A program made the translations under genes and the position numbers. The notes below the pieces were generated by a model. It was not told the origin of the DNA, made no database searches, and saw only the letters and a program-made list of their open reading frames with translations. Positions 27,891-41,185 of a DNA stretch of 64,000 nucleotides are shown piece after piece. This stretch comes from Mobula hypostoma (taxonomy: Eukaryota). Within the stretch, counting starts at the first letter, position 1. The number at the start of each line of letters is the position of its first letter. The DNA lies in NCBI RefSeq assembly GCF_963921235.1, contig NC_086118.1, forward strand, positions 23,562,001-23,626,000. Direction: 5' to 3'.

Positions 27891-29379
27891 CCCTCCAGGA
27901 AAGTTTGCAAAAATACCTTCTCTCTTGGGCAGAGGGTGTTGATCTACATTCAGTGCTGGGTTGATGGTAACCTCTCATTCTAAATTCAAAGTAATCTATC
28001 CTCATCACCGCTGAATGTATTGTGCTTTATATCACCTCCATCCAATGCGTTAAAATCAGATCTTTACGCTCATCTATAAATGCTTCCATTATCTTCGCCT
28101 GCCATAATGTTGCAAGTTGTTTCCTCGCAAACGTGTAGCTGTGCATGAAGTGATTGTTGCACTTGCAGCATATTTCTCTTTCCTAGCCCAACAATGACCC
28201 CGTCATTGTAGTTGTCCATGCGCCAGTGGTTAGATAAATTAACACAGTACGAAAGTTGTCCTAGTCCAGCTCTTATACAATCGCGCTGTCGGGAGACGGA
28301 TTTATATATTTTCAAAAGGGTAAATGACTGGTTGGTTAGATTAATAATTGAACTAAACACAACTTGTTGATTTCAGACTGACTAAAATATCAAGTTAGTG
28401 GCTGCATATTATGAGTAACTATTTCTGAACGGAGAAGACTGCCATTCATTCACTGGAACCTGTACAATGTTACAGCAAAGAATGCCAACTCGATCCTAAC
28501 TTTAAATGAACATTTCATTTACTTTCAACCATTCCAGGACTTTACCTAATCCCTTTAATCTAAGAAAATCCAAAATCTCCTGTGAGTTGAGTCCTGATGG
28601 GGTTTGATTTACAGAGCAGTCGGCATCACACAGACGGCAGTTGTGTCAGATTACACCTATAATGAAGCTGTCTCTTGCTAGACTGTGGCACTGAAGGCTG
28701 CAGAGCTGCCCTCCTGAGATGGCTTTGGGTATTTAGAGTGCAATCAGTAGCGGTGCTTGGATCTGCTTCCCTCAAGACAGCATCAGGGGAGGTGGCGCAG
28801 ACTGAACTGCACAACGTCAAACAGCAAATAGGCTTATCTGTTTTATTGGAGCCTGATTGATCCTGATCCTGGAAACATTATGCGAAGGCATTTAAGCAGA
28901 ATTGGCTGCAGATTATCCTCAGTCCTTCGTGTACACATGGGATATCCCAGCAGTAACATTGTGCTATAGATTTCCGTGCTAATGAGCTATAACTCCCCTG
29001 TTGGCAGAAAAAAATGATGATCATTTTTAACATATGTGGCACAAGAATTTTTGCTACATCTCACTGGCATGATTTTTCTCTTGGCCTCTGCATAAGGGCA
29101 TCGTTCTTGATAATACCATAAAAGTGTAGCTTGATTCTGATGCATAATTAACCCGAGATCCTTAGTGCAATGTTGGTTCTTGTTATATGTTCATTTGAAT
29201 GACTTGTGCATTTATACTGTTTGTCCACTGACTGGATGCATTGGCAGGGAGTCAATTTTGTGTGTAGCTTGTATCAACCAAAACTGGCCTGCTCTGCTTA
29301 AAACATGCACCAGCTATAACAGGGAAGGTGCATAGTGGTTGAAGGAAGTTCTAGCAATGGTGCATGTAGAGAATGTAAT

Positions 29380-30097
29380 CTGCGAAACAATATGCGAGCA
29401 TCTCCTGAATTGTCGGCCAAGGAAAAATATTGCTTGAAAGTTGAGGTGTAGAGCAGGAGAAACGTTTGCTACCGAAAGTGAACCGCAATGTCCTGGTGAA
29501 GCATTTAATCACGTCCATCACTGACAGCGCCAAAAGTGGCACGGAGGAAGTCTAAATGGGAATGCAGAGAATGAATCTTTAGTGATATGTTGCTCTCCTT
29601 GGCTTTGTGTGCTTGAAGCATGTTGTCAACCAACAGCACGTAGTCTGGTGCTCTGTTAGTTGCCAAGAAAACTTTGAACAACACCCTTGAAGGCCTTTCA
29701 TGCGATTTTCTCCAGTCCCTTTAGCATTTCATATTGCCTGTCATTGAAGACCACTTTGATCCGTGGACCATCAAAAATGTCTTCCTTAATCTTGGCATCA
29801 GTTATTCTGGGAAACATCTGTCTCAAATATAGAAATCCTTCATGGAAATTTATAGCCTTTCTGAAACCTGCCTGCCTAAGCATACCCAGGCATGCCTGGA
29901 CAGTATGGAGAACTTTTAAGCTTACATTGTGGGCAACATTTTAATTGATTTTAATTATGAACTCAAATAACAAATGTAGGTGATTTTTTAAAAATAATGT
30001 ACGATAGGGAAATTTCATGGTGATTTTCATGATCAGCAGCCCAATATTCGTAAGATGAACCCAGAAGAATTCTGAAAGCAAAACCTCTGTGGTCAAG
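29380..30097 (-). mobile_element. DNA transposon relic, probably Chapaev3 (CMC superfamily)
   Basis: ORF 29698-29883 (MFPRITDAKIKEDIFDGPRIK) is followed by remnants of the LHSHLDF and ..HQDI motifs. The family assignment comes from memory of this motif set. Confidence 0.55.
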
Positions 30098-30372
30098 AAT
30101 CATCAATACTTTGGGTCAAAAGCTTGTGATCAGATCTTGGTTAATGTGATACTAGATATAGCTATCAATGATAAATTCTTTAACTTTAATTATGTTTGGG
30201 ATTAGTCTGATTTTAATAATTAGATGGGTTGTTTTTGTTCTTTGTGCATGAAAATAACTTGGACAATTTTCCTAATGCCAGGTAGATTCAAAGCAAATAT
30301 TATGAATCAGTATTTTCTATGATGTAATTTTTATGATTAATCTTTGAGCTTGATGATTTAATATTCAAAGAA

Positions 30373-33300
30373 TGTCATGAATTGTGGAGGAAGCTTGACC
30401 CAAAAGTAGAGCAGTGAAGACGATTCAGCAATGACCAATAACTTTAGTAATAGACTGCAAAAATGATGAGCCACAAAATGAGAGAGAACAGATACTGAAC
30501 TCCAGAGACAACATCGTAACTGAAGGCTAGAAGGAACTGGCTGAGGCTGGCTGAACAAGGACCATAGATGAGAGCTGGGTTTAAATAGGCTACAGGTGAT
30601 GAGATTGAAACAAGTGGCAGGTAACTATTAGCTGAGTGGAAACTGGGAGGTGCATGTTGGTACAGTCCTGACAGGAAACCTCCTCCTATGGCCAGCACCT
30701 GATGGCCTGAGATGACCTGGGTTTGCTGGAACTTCTCGATGAGCAATGGATCCAAGATGAAACTGGATGGCACCAAAAACCTCCCCTCATGGCCGTACCC
30801 TTCACAGTTGACCAGGTACTGTACGTCATGTTGCTGATGTGAATCCATCAATCACCGAACTCTGTACACTGGACCACCTTCCACTATCCTAGATACCAGA
30901 GGTGCAGGCGCGGGTGGGTCATGGATAACGGGCTTGAAACAGAACACGTGGAAGATAGGTGTGCTCCTGAGAGACAGTGGCAGCTGGAGATGTTCAGTGA
31001 GTGGATTAATGTGATGAGTAATCGTTAACGGACCAAGGAACAGGAATGAGAGCTTGTGGGAGTCATGGGCAGATCTCGGGTGGACGGCCTTAGTGTACCT
31101 GGAGCTGGCTTGATAGGAGATGGTGAAGTTGAACTGCTCGTAGAAGAGGTTCCAGTGAGCTTGATGTCAGTTCTGTTGGTTGGTCTGTTTAAGGATACAG
31201 GAGACACAGGAGCCCAGTAGGTCGCTGGTTGGAGGAATTGGGCTGGTGGCGGGGTGGAGATATGTCTCTAGCAAAGATGCTCCTTCCCTCTGCTAGCCTG
31301 CAAGTCAACCATAGGCAAGGTGTAGCACCTGCTTAGCCAACCCCCAGTCAGGTCAGGTGAAGCCATGGGACAGTGGAGGATGGTCGTATGAGCAGCTGGT
31401 GCCTATCACAAGGCCTAGTCATGTGATCACTGATGCTAGGCAGCCAGTCTCTGAAGAGTGTTGGAAATAACTGGGGAAGGCATTGCCAGGAAGAAGGTAA
31501 TGGAAAACCATTTCTGTAGAAAAAATTGCCAAGAACAATCATTGTCATGGACCATGATCACCCATGTCATACAACACTCCACATAATGATGACATTGAGG
31601 GCAGGCAGCAACAGACTGAGTACATCTGCAGTTATGGTTGGCCATCAGGACAAGTATTGTTGAAAATCCAGAGTCCATCGTACGCCTGGATGGCTGGAGA
31701 GGAGTGAGGAGAGGGCCCACTGGATTGCCTCAGAGTGCACGGTTACTGGTACCTACTTGTGGCTGTCAGGTGTGTCAGCCGGAGCAGGCTTGTGCTGTAG
31801 GCCTGGCGGATATGGCTCTTGTGATCCCAGACAATTGAGGTGAGGATCTGCAAGGATGGAATGATGTGCTGAAAGTTTATCTCCATTTCAGCTGGGTCGA
31901 ACTGTCATGACAGGGCGTCCGCCTTAGTGTACTTGGAGTCGGGTCGGTAGGAGATCGTGAAGAGTGTTGGTTGTGTTTGCTGGTCTGTTGTGTGGATATG
32001 AGGTTCTGGTGGTCAGTCCAGATCAGGAGGGGCTCGTTATTTTCCATCTGCCAATGTCTCCATACCTCCAAGGCGCATTTAATGGTGAGTAGCTCCTTGG
32101 TTCCTACTCCATAACCGTGCTGTCTAGAATTGAATTTGTGTGAAAAGAAGCCACAAGGTGTGTCTTCCCAACCACATCAGATGCATCCACCTCCACTACA
32201 AAAGGTCCGGAGGGGCTTGGATGGTGGAGAATGGGAACGGTGGTGAAGCGTCTCTTGAGTTCCTTGAAAGTGTGGTCTGTGGCAGCAGACCAGGTTATCT
32301 GTGAGGTAGGTGATTTAGTGAGGGAAGTGAGAGGAGCAGTGATTTGGCTGTAGTTTGGCAGTAGAAGTTGTAGAAGTTGAAGAAGTGCAGTCGCTATCTG
32401 AGGAGCTCACTCGGGTCTATTCAATGACGGCATGTACTTTCTCTAGGTCCACGGTTATGCCTTGGGGTGATACTATGTAACCATGGAGGGAAATGACTGA
32501 GGTGTGGAACTGGCATTTCTCTAACTTGCAGTGCAGTTTATTTTTGAAGAGATGCTGAAGGACTGAATGGATGTGACAGATGTGGTCGTGGGTGTCCTTG
32601 GAGAAGATGAGGATATCCCTGAGATAGATGAAAACGTACATGCGTGTGTAGCATTTCGAAGAGGATCTTGTGAATGAAGGCCTGGAAAACAGCTGGACTG
32701 TTGGAAAGTCTGAAAGGCATCACCAAGTATTTGCAGTGGCCAGTGAGTGTTATGGACGCTGTTTTCCTCTCATACCCCTGGCAGATATGGATCACGTTGT
32801 ATCTAGTTTGGTGAAGATCTGGGCCCCATGGAGTGCTTTGAGTGTGCTATCCATCAAGGGTGGGGGTAGTGGTTTAATGGTGATCTTGTTGAGTCCACAG
32901 TAGTTGATGCAGGGATGGAGCCCCCATCATTTTTTTGACAAAGAAGAGTTCTGCACTGGCTGAGGATTGAGATTGTCAAATGAAGCCATGCTGTAGCACT
33001 TTAATCTGATCTGCTGCCTCCCTTCCACTTCGCAGATGGTTGAGAACTTGGCACATTTCAGTGGGGAAATCCTCATATTTATTGCAAATGGTCATTTTAT
33101 TGTCCCAGTTAGTGGTGGTCCAGGTCAGAGTTGCCCACTCAAAAGAGGAAGACAATCTTGGCTCAATCTGTAGAAAATAGAGACAGTTAAAGCTCAGAAT
33201 GTAAGTCGCACTGGGACAGGAAGTTACAACGTTGGGTTGGGGACCCATTGAATCATTGGGGCACCGGAATCCGGGCTCAGAAGAATGAGGTTGACTGGTG

Positions 33301-33765
33301 CGGGGTTTCTGCATTAAGATGGAGAGTTGGAAGAAAGTGGTGTGCAGATGGACAATAGTTTCCTGCTGCTTCTGGATCATGCATTCATGTCATTGGACAA
33401 CTCCCTTTAGGCAAGCAAACTCTGCTGGGTGAACCGCTGGCTCACCCACCCTGTCAGGAAATGTAGAAGAGGCTGGACCCAAATGTAGAACAGCAGAAAC
33501 GAATTCAGCAATGAATGATAACTGTAATAACAGACTGCAAAGAGAACAAGACACAAGGGTCCACAAAATAAGAAAGAGTAGATACTAAACACCAGGAGCA
33601 GCAAGTTAACTGCAGGCAAGGAGCAACTGGTTGAGGCTGGCTGGTTTGATGGGTGGATGAGAGCTGAGTTTAAATAGGTTGCAGGTGATGAGTTGGAAAT
33701 GAGCGGCAGATGACTCTTGTTAGTTGGGTGGAGACTGAGAGGTGCTTGCCTGTGCAAGCCTGACA
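30373..33765 (-). mobile_element. Sushi-like chromovirus (Ty3/Gypsy), two LTRs, internally deleted and decayed
   Basis: LTRs at 30373-30673 and 33452-33765 (TGTCA..TGACA), TSD aagaa/aagat, PPT aggaggagg. Gag remnant at 32976-33380, RT remnant YLVMPFRLSNSPAVFQ / YLRDILIFS, and chromodomain QYLVNCEGYGHEGRFLVPSSFILDP. Confidence 0.85.
31275..31592 (+). mobile_element. SINE-like element with RTE-type 3' tail (copy 1), inserted in the chromovirus
   Basis: Matches 53610-53935. The tail aaggtaatggaaaaccatttctgtagaaaaaattgccaagaac resembles RTE/Bov-A tails and ends in taatgatga. Confidence 0.65.
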
Positions 33766-33829
33766 AAGATTACGTTGCATGATAAAATCTTTATACTTTT
33801 ATGCATCATTCTGCAAATGCCAAAATTTC

Positions 33830-34310
33830 ATAGAGCCACATAGCATAAAAACAATCCCTTTGGCCCAACTTTTCCATGATTTGTTTATCTACAATAATAC
33901 TATTTGCCTTATTTGGCTTATATCCATCTAAATCCTTTTTATCTATGTGCTTGCCCAGATAACTTTAAAACATTGTATCTGTTCCTACCTCTACCATTTC
34001 CTCTGACATCTCCTACTATACACCATCTGTCTGAAAAACCTGTCATTTAGATCCCTTTTATGTCTTTCCCACATCTCCTTAAATCTATGCCCTCAGTTCT
34101 AGACACCCTTACCAGAGGTAAAAGACTATAATTGTCTACCTTACCTAAGCCTCTCAAAATCTTATGGACCTCTATAATGTCATCCCTCAGTCTCTTTCAG
34201 TTCAGGGAAAACAATGCCAGCCAATCCAATCTCTCCTTATAACTCAAGCCCTTTAGTCCAGGCAACGTTCTTCTGAATCATTTCTGCACATGCTCAATCT
34301 TAACCTCATC
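33830..34310 (-). mobile_element. Degenerate CR1 3' fragment
   Basis: Similar to 26115-26560 (cctttggcccaac..tctatgccc..aggcaacgttcttctgaatc). Confidence 0.65.
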
Positions 34311-36052
34311 TGTTGTAATGTGAAGAAAGTCACTGGAGAAACACTGAAGCTTCTGGATACAAGCGATACACCATGAGACACTTTTAGAGGAAGAGGTCTG
34401 TCTGACCCAATATTACATGACATTTTATATGCTAAACATCAAAGGTAGCAGCAGGATAATTCTATAGTTACAACGTATCTACAAAGCTTCATTTGAATTA
34501 CATATTATTTTCACACCTCCTTCCTCGCTCCCACACTCCAGACATCCAAAATGAACGTTAATCAGCATTGTCTGGTTTTCAATTAATTGGCGTCCACAGC
34601 TCCAGGAAAATATTGTCCAGGGCTGCATTTTAAATTTAATCGCCAGTCCATGTTCAGATCTAGAGACTGGTTGCTGAAGTTGATATTTGCAATGTACCCT
34701 AACTCCAGAATACACCCTAACAACACTTTTCCTATAATATGGTGATCATTACATTCCAACAGTATTCCAACAACAGCTTAACTAATGACCTGCTCCTCTG
34801 TCACATGATGTCACAACTCCTATACCAGTGCCTCCAACAAAGAAAGCAAGCATATCACATGCCATCTTCACTACCCTGTCTACCTGTTTTGCTGTGATGA
34901 AGAAACTTCACAATGCCATGAGGTGGTTGCTGTTATCAATACTCTCAAACCAATGAGGATGATTTCTAGGGGAAATATCCCCCACATTAATTCTCTCAGC
35001 ACCTGCTGCAGACTTGTTTCAGTGGAATTGTCCTTCAAAATTTGTTCCGCTTGGCTAGCGCTGCCGATACAAGACCCATCTTGATTAACTGCCAATTAAT
35101 CTAGATATGAAAAGGAGATAGGTTATGTTATTGTTGTTGTATGCTACACTTGTAAAAACACAATCTGACAAGTTGTAAAACTGCCACATACTGTAAATTT
35201 TGAGCTGTTTTCCTGGACTCTTTGTTCCCAATAATTATATCTGCTAAAGGTTTACTTAAAAAATGTTGTTGAAGGGTAGCCATTATTCATGTCAACAGCA
35301 GTATAGCATGAATTCTGGCACAGAAAGTCAGCAGGGCTGATGACAAATTAGAATAAATCATTTCCTCATTTTCAGTTAGGTAGTGCATCAGCACATCTTT
35401 CAGAAATGGCCCAGGGCACTTCGTGTAGGGTTAGATTTTAGTCACTGATATTGCATCGGCAAAGTAATGTGATTGCTCTCTCATCATAGGAACCCTTGCT
35501 GTGTGGGTATATGCTTTAAATAGATGTTGAGATCGAATGGTTGGAAATCAAATATTATGAATCAGCATTTTCTATGATCCAATTTTAATGATTAATCTTT
35601 GAGTTTATTGATTTAATATTCAAAGAATACAGTGCATGTTAAAAAATTCACACTTTTATACATTATTCTACAAATGCCATAATTTCATTTTGAATTAGAG
35701 AGATACATTCAAATGACATTATTGACTGGAGTACAATCAATCTTGCCTTTATAAATGAACAAGCAAGACTACGTGAAGGGCAGGACTTTCTTTCATAAGG
35801 ATTCATTTTGCACTTTATATATTGTCAGTGCCAATGGTGAAATACTTCCTGTAAAAATATGAGAACATCGCAATATTGGACATAATAGTTATCACCACTG
35901 GTGTGAAATGTGGTCAATAGGTTAATTGATTTGTCAGAATAGAGCATGGCTAATGTTAAATTCAAACTAAATAGGCAGTTTGAAATAGAAGTGACTATAC
36001 CAGCTTAGTTAATGATAATTAACTAAGTTTTGTTTCTTATTTGTTTTATATA

Positions 36053-36357
36053 TAGGCATCTGTTAGTCTTGTGAGAACATGGATTTGCACCTTGGAAGGT
36101 TTCCAGGGTGCAGGCCTGGGCAAGGTTATATACAAGTCCAGCAGTTGCCCATGCTGCAAGTCTCCCCTCTCAATGCCACCATGTTGTCCAAGGGAAGGGC
36201 ATTAGGACCCATACAGCTTGGAACTGGTGTCGTCGCAGAGCAATGTGTGGTTTAGTGCCTTGCTCAACGACACAACACGCTGCCTTAGCCAAGGCTTGAA
36301 CGAGCGACCTTCAGATCACTAGACGAGCGCCTTAACCACTTGGCCACGTGCCAACAC
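36053..36357 (-). mobile_element. tRNA-head SINE with CORE/Deu-like central domain (copy 1)
   Basis: - strand ggcacgtggccaagtggttaaggcg (A box)..gttcaagcc (B box)..ttgagcaaggcactaaaccac. Colinear with 52642-52946. Confidence 0.8.
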
Positions 36358-37926
36358 TATTTGTTTAATAGAATTGGTGATATTTCTATTAAGAAAACAA
36401 ATAATTTATCTAAGCAAGTTTAATGCAACATGGATATAAATAAATTCCAGCAATTTTCCATTGTATTGTATTAGGATGCAGTACACTGGGAATTCTGTAT
36501 CATCTTTGCAGTTGTGTCGATGACCTAAACAGTTCTAGGGTGATTCAAGGCACAATTGTAGTTCCTTGGAAGAGGATTCTTAGTTCAGTCAAGAGCATAA
36601 TGCAAGATTATCTTCTCCTGTTCTGACAGGAGTGAAAAGTCCAAGTTAATTGCTTTAGTCAGTAGGCATAATGTCTACAGATGTCGACTGAAGCTTCCAG
36701 CAAGAAGGGGTACCTTGGGTCTTGACTGCTTAGTGTGCTGGTTGATGAAGCTTCTAAATTGGATTTATACCGATCTAGTATGTTCTGTAGCTCTGATTAC
36801 TGCTGGGACAGGAGTGATCCCAGAAGTAATCGAATTGGTGAACTTTTTAATAGTTTTTAAATGAAACAAGAATTACGATTGACTAAAAAAATGGACACCT
36901 GAACACAATGTGTACCTTTCAAATTAATGAAGAGGAATCATTTATTCCACATTGAACTATTGTATTTGACCAAAGGGAAGGGGGAGAAGAGGTAAGTAGA
37001 TCAACAGGTATGGAAGCATCATTGTGAACCGAGGGTAAAGTAACATTTGAATGACTGAAAAACTCTAGATGCTGGAAACCTGAAATAAACCTGAACATAT
37101 TTCGATAGATGCCGCATGGCCTGCTAAGTGTTTCCAACATTTTCTGTTTTTATCTCAAGTGACCACGTGATTGTTTACTGGGGCAGAGGCATAAAAGGTG
37201 TGGAGAAGGAAGGTGATCTGGGATATGGATATGAACCAAAAAAAGTAAGCCGTGATTATTCTACAATGAACTATGCGTGGATCCTATATATGCCTGCTGT
37301 CTTTTATTGTTGAAAATTTCAGTATATTCAGACCAAAATTCACATCTTGAAACTTAGCAATCTTCTACTTTCTGTGACTGTGCTGAGAGTTTGTCTTTCA
37401 CATGGAGGTTACCTCCACAAAGAGAAAAAGGCTTGGTGTTGGTGTTAGCATTCGCTACTTGTTATAGCAAAAGAGTATGCAATACTTTTATGACCACCCT
37501 CCCTTAAATGCCTGTGAGCACTGTACCAAATGAACACTTAAAACCAATGAATGAATCTGCTCGTAAACGCATCTCCCCCATTTCACGTACATCTGCTCTC
37601 ACTCCATCCTCCCGCCACCCCACTAGGAATAGGGTTCCTCTGGTCCTCACCTACCACCCCACCAGCCTCCGGGTCCAACATATTATTCTCCGTAACTTCC
37701 GCCACCTCCAATGGGATCCCACCACTAAGCACATCTTTCCCTCCCCCCCTCTCTCTCTGCATTCCGCAGGGATCGCTCCCTACACAACTCCCTTGTCCAT
37801 TCGTCCCCCCCATCCCTCCCCACTGATCTCCCTCCTGGCACTTATCCGTGTAAGCGGAACAAGTGCTACACATGCCCTTACACTTCCTCCCTTACCACCA
37901 TTCAGGGCCCCAAACAGTCCTTCCAG

Positions 37927-38253
37927 GTGAGGCAACACTTCACCTGTGAGTCGACTGGGGTGATATACTGTGTCCGGTGCTCCCGATGTGGCCTTTTATA
38001 TATTGGCGAGACCCGACGCAGACTGGGAGACCGCTTTGCTGAACATCTACGCTCTGTCCGCCAGAGAAAGCAGGATCTCCCAGTGGCCACACATTTTAAT
38101 TCCACATCCCATTCCCATTCTGACATGTCTATCCACGGCCTCCTCTACTGTAAAGATGAAGCCACACTCAGGCTGGAGGAACAACACCTTATATTCCGTC
38201 TGGGTAGCCTCCAACCTGATGGCATGAACATCGACTTCTCTAACTTCCGCTAA
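37927..38253 (+). CDS. Penelope GIY-YIG endonuclease domain (C-terminal part of a truncated ORF)
   Basis: GVIYCVRCSRCGLLYIGETRRRLGDRFAEH..LEEQHLIFRLGSLQPDGMN, open up to the native stop. Confidence 0.85.
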   Translation: MRQHFTCESTGVIYCVRCSRCGLLYIGETRRRLGDRFAEHLRSVRQRKQDLPVATHFNSTSHSHSDMSIHGLLYCKDEATLRLEEQHLIFRLGSLQPDGMNIDFSNFR

Positions 38254-38552
38254 GGCCCCACCTCCCCCTCGTACCCCATCTGTTACTTATTTTTATGCAC
38301 ACATTCTTTCTCAAAACTCTCCTTTTTCTCCCTCTGTCCCTCTGAATATACCTCTTGCCCATCCTCTGGGTCCCCCCTCCCCCTCCTTGTCTTTCTTCCC
38401 GGACCTCCTGTCCCATGATCCTCTCGTATCCCCTTTTGCCTATCACCTGTCCAGCTCTTGGCTCTATCCCTCCCCCTCCTGTCTTCTCCTATCATTTTGG
38501 ATCTCCCCCTCCCCCTCCAACTTTCAAATCCCTTACTCACTCTTCCTTCAGT

Positions 38553-38590
38553 TAGTCCTGACGAAGGGTCTCGGCCTGAAACGTCAACTG
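38553..38590 (+). ncRNA. Minimal hammerhead ribozyme motif in Penelope pLTR
   Basis: tagtc-CTGACGA-agggtctcggcct-GAAA-CGTC-aactg, with one stem I mismatch. Confidence 0.65.
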
Positions 38591-38902
38591 CACCTCTTCC
38601 TACAGATGCTGCTTGGCCTGCTGCGTTCACCAGCAACTTTGATGTCTACAGAAGCAAGATAGATTGGCTGGTTGAGTAGTGTCGCAACAACAACCTTGTC
38701 AGTAAGACCAAAGAATTGATTGTGGACTTCAGGAAGAGGAAGTCAGGAGAACACACATCAGTCCGCATTAAGGGGTGAGCAGTGGAAAGAGTGAGCAGCT
38801 TCAAGTACACAGGTGTCATCGACTCAGAGAATCTTCCTGGGCCCAGCATATTGATACAATCACAAAGAATGTATGTCAACAGCTCCACTTCATTAGGAGT
38901 TT

Positions 38903-41185
38903 ACATGTTAACCGTCTAGACTTCAGCATTCCTCTCTCCTATTTCAACCTCACTCCTTCTGAACACTCTGCTCTCTATTCCCTCCGCACCAATCCTAACC
39001 TCACCATCAAACCCACAGATAAGGGAGGTGTTGTAGGAGTCTAGCCTACTGATTTCTACCTTGCTGTGGCCCAGTACCAACTCTCAGACACCTCCTCTTA
39101 CTTACCCCTCGAACAGGACCCCACTAAGGAACACCAGGCCATTGCCTCCCACACCATCACCAATCTTATTGACTCTGGGGATCTCCCATCCACTGCCACC
39201 AGCCTCATCGTTCCTGCACCCTGCACCTCCCATTTCTAACTCCTACCCAAGATCCACACACTCCCTTGTCCTGGTAGGCCCATTGTTTCAGCTTGTTCCT
39301 GCCCCACTGAACTCATATCGGCATACCTTGACTCTGTTTTATTCCCCTAGTTCAGTTCCTTGCTTCCTACAGCTGTGACATTTCACCCACTCTATATCTT
39401 TTCAATGATTTCTGGTTCCCTGGTCCCCATTATCTTATTTTTACAATGGATGTCCGGTCTCTAATCACCTCCATTCCCTCTCAGGAAGGCCTCAAAGCTC
39501 TCCGTTTTTCTCTGGACACCAGAACTAACCTGATCCCCTCCATCACCACTCTCCTCCACCTAGCAGAACTTGTCCTCACTCTAAATAATTTCTCCTTTGT
39601 TTCCTCCCACATCCCTCAAACAAAACAGATAGCCATGCACACTCGCATGGGTCCTAGCTCTGTCTGGCAGTTTGTCGGCTACGTGGAACAGTCTGTGTTC
39701 CAATCCTACACTGTTGACCATCCCGCACTTTTCCTATGCTACATTTATGACTGCTTTGGTGCTGCTCCCTGCACCCATGCTAAACTCTTCGTCTTCATCC
39801 ACTTTGCCTCCAACTTCCACCCTGCCCTCAAATTTACCTGGTCCATTTCCAACACCTCCCTCCCCTTTCTCGATTTCCCTGTCTCTATCTCCAGAGACAG
39901 CTTATCCACTGACATCTATTTTAAACCCATGGACTCTCACAGCTACCTGGGCTATACCTTGTCCTACCCTATTACTTGTAAAACTCCTATCCCCTTCTCT
40001 CAATTCCTCTGCCTTTGCCGCATCTGGTCTCAGGATGAGGCTTTTCATTCTAGAATGAAGGAGATGCCCTCTTTTTTCAAAGAAAGGGGCTTCCCTTTCT
40101 CCATGATCAATGCTGCCCTCAACTACATCTCTTCCATTTCACACACATCTGCTCTTACCTCAGCCTCCCGCCACCTTACCAGGGATAGGGTTCCTCTTGT
40201 CCTCTCTTACAACCCCACCACTCTGCATCCAGCACATAACTCTCCGAAACTTCCGCAACATCTAATGAGATCCCACCACCAAGCATATCTTTCCCTCCCC
40301 CCAACTTTCTGCTTTTAGCAGGGATCGCTCCCTATGCGACTCACTTGTCCATTCGTCCCTCCCCACTGATCTCCCTCCTGGCACTTACCCTTGCAAGCAG
40401 AACAAGTGCTACATCTGGCCCTACAACTCCTCCCTCACTACCATTCATGCCACTAAACAGTCCTTCCAGGTCAGGCGACACTTCACCTGTGATTCTGTTG
40501 GAGTCATATACTATGTTCGGCACTCCTGGACTGGGCTCCTGTATATTGGTGAGACCTGACGTAGGTTGGGAGACAACTTTGCTGAGCACCTATGCTCCAT
40601 CTGCCAGAAAAAAAACGGGATCTCCCAGTGGCCACCCATTTTAATTCCACTCCCCATTTCCATTCCAATATGTCCATCCATGGCCTCTTCCACTGTTGTA
40701 ATGAGGCCACTGTTGTAATGAGGTTGGAGGAAAAACACCTTATATTCCATTTGAGTAGCCTCCAACCTGATGGCATGAACGTCGATTTCTCAAACGTCTG
40801 GTAATGCCCCCCCAGCCCCTTCCTTCACTATTTCCCGTCCCCTTTTCCCTCTCTCACCTTATCTCCTTGCACACCCATCACCTCCCTTTGATGCTCCTCC
40901 CTCCTTTTCTTTCTTCCATGGCCTTCTGTCTCTTTCTCCAATCAACTTCCCAGCTCTTTACTTCATCCTTCCCCCTTCAGGTTTCACCTATCACCTTGTG
41001 TTTCTCTCGCCCCTCCCTCCATCTTTTAAATCTACTCCTTAGCTTTTTTCTCCAGTCCCGCCAAAGAGTTTCAGGCCAAAACATCGACTGTACTCTTTTC
41101 CTAGATGCTGCCTGGCCTGCTGAGTTCCTTCAGCATTTTGTCTGTGTTGCTCGGATTTCCAGCATCTGCAGAATTTCTCTTGTTT
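38903..41185 (+). mobile_element. Longest Penelope-like copy in the window (RT + GIY-YIG + pLTR), decayed, 14-bp TSD
   Basis: TSD ttcattaggagttt (38889-38902) / ttcattaagagttt (41186-41199); RT ORF 39446-40318. Confidence 0.88.
39446..40318 (+). pseudogene. Penelope reverse transcriptase fragment
   Basis: MDVRSLITSIP..LTLNNFSF..AMHTRMGP..YIYDCFG..LKFTWSIS..LPFLDF. The catalytic YIDD is mutated to YIYD. Confidence 0.85.

Larger units (their letters stand above)
37553..38646 (+). mobile_element. Young Penelope-like element 3' part
   Basis: Retains CpGs, has an uninterrupted GIY-YIG ORF at 37927-38253, a pyrimidine-rich 3' region and a pLTR with hammerhead. Confidence 0.9.

Noticed and set aside
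30444..33380. PEG10/RTL1-like domesticated gene
   Set aside because: Both LTRs and the TSD are present and the reading frames are shattered; this is an ordinary decayed chromovirus.
36614..36631. Short palindrome ctcctgt-tctg-acaggag
   Set aside because: An isolated 7-bp inverted repeat is expected by chance in 64 kb and has no supporting context.
38240..38679. Cluster of overlapping Pro/Ser/Leu- or Gly/Arg-rich ORFs (also 22056-22490, 23748-23984, 40804-41193, 46214-46612)
   Set aside because: These are by-products of the stop-poor pyrimidine-rich Penelope 3' region.
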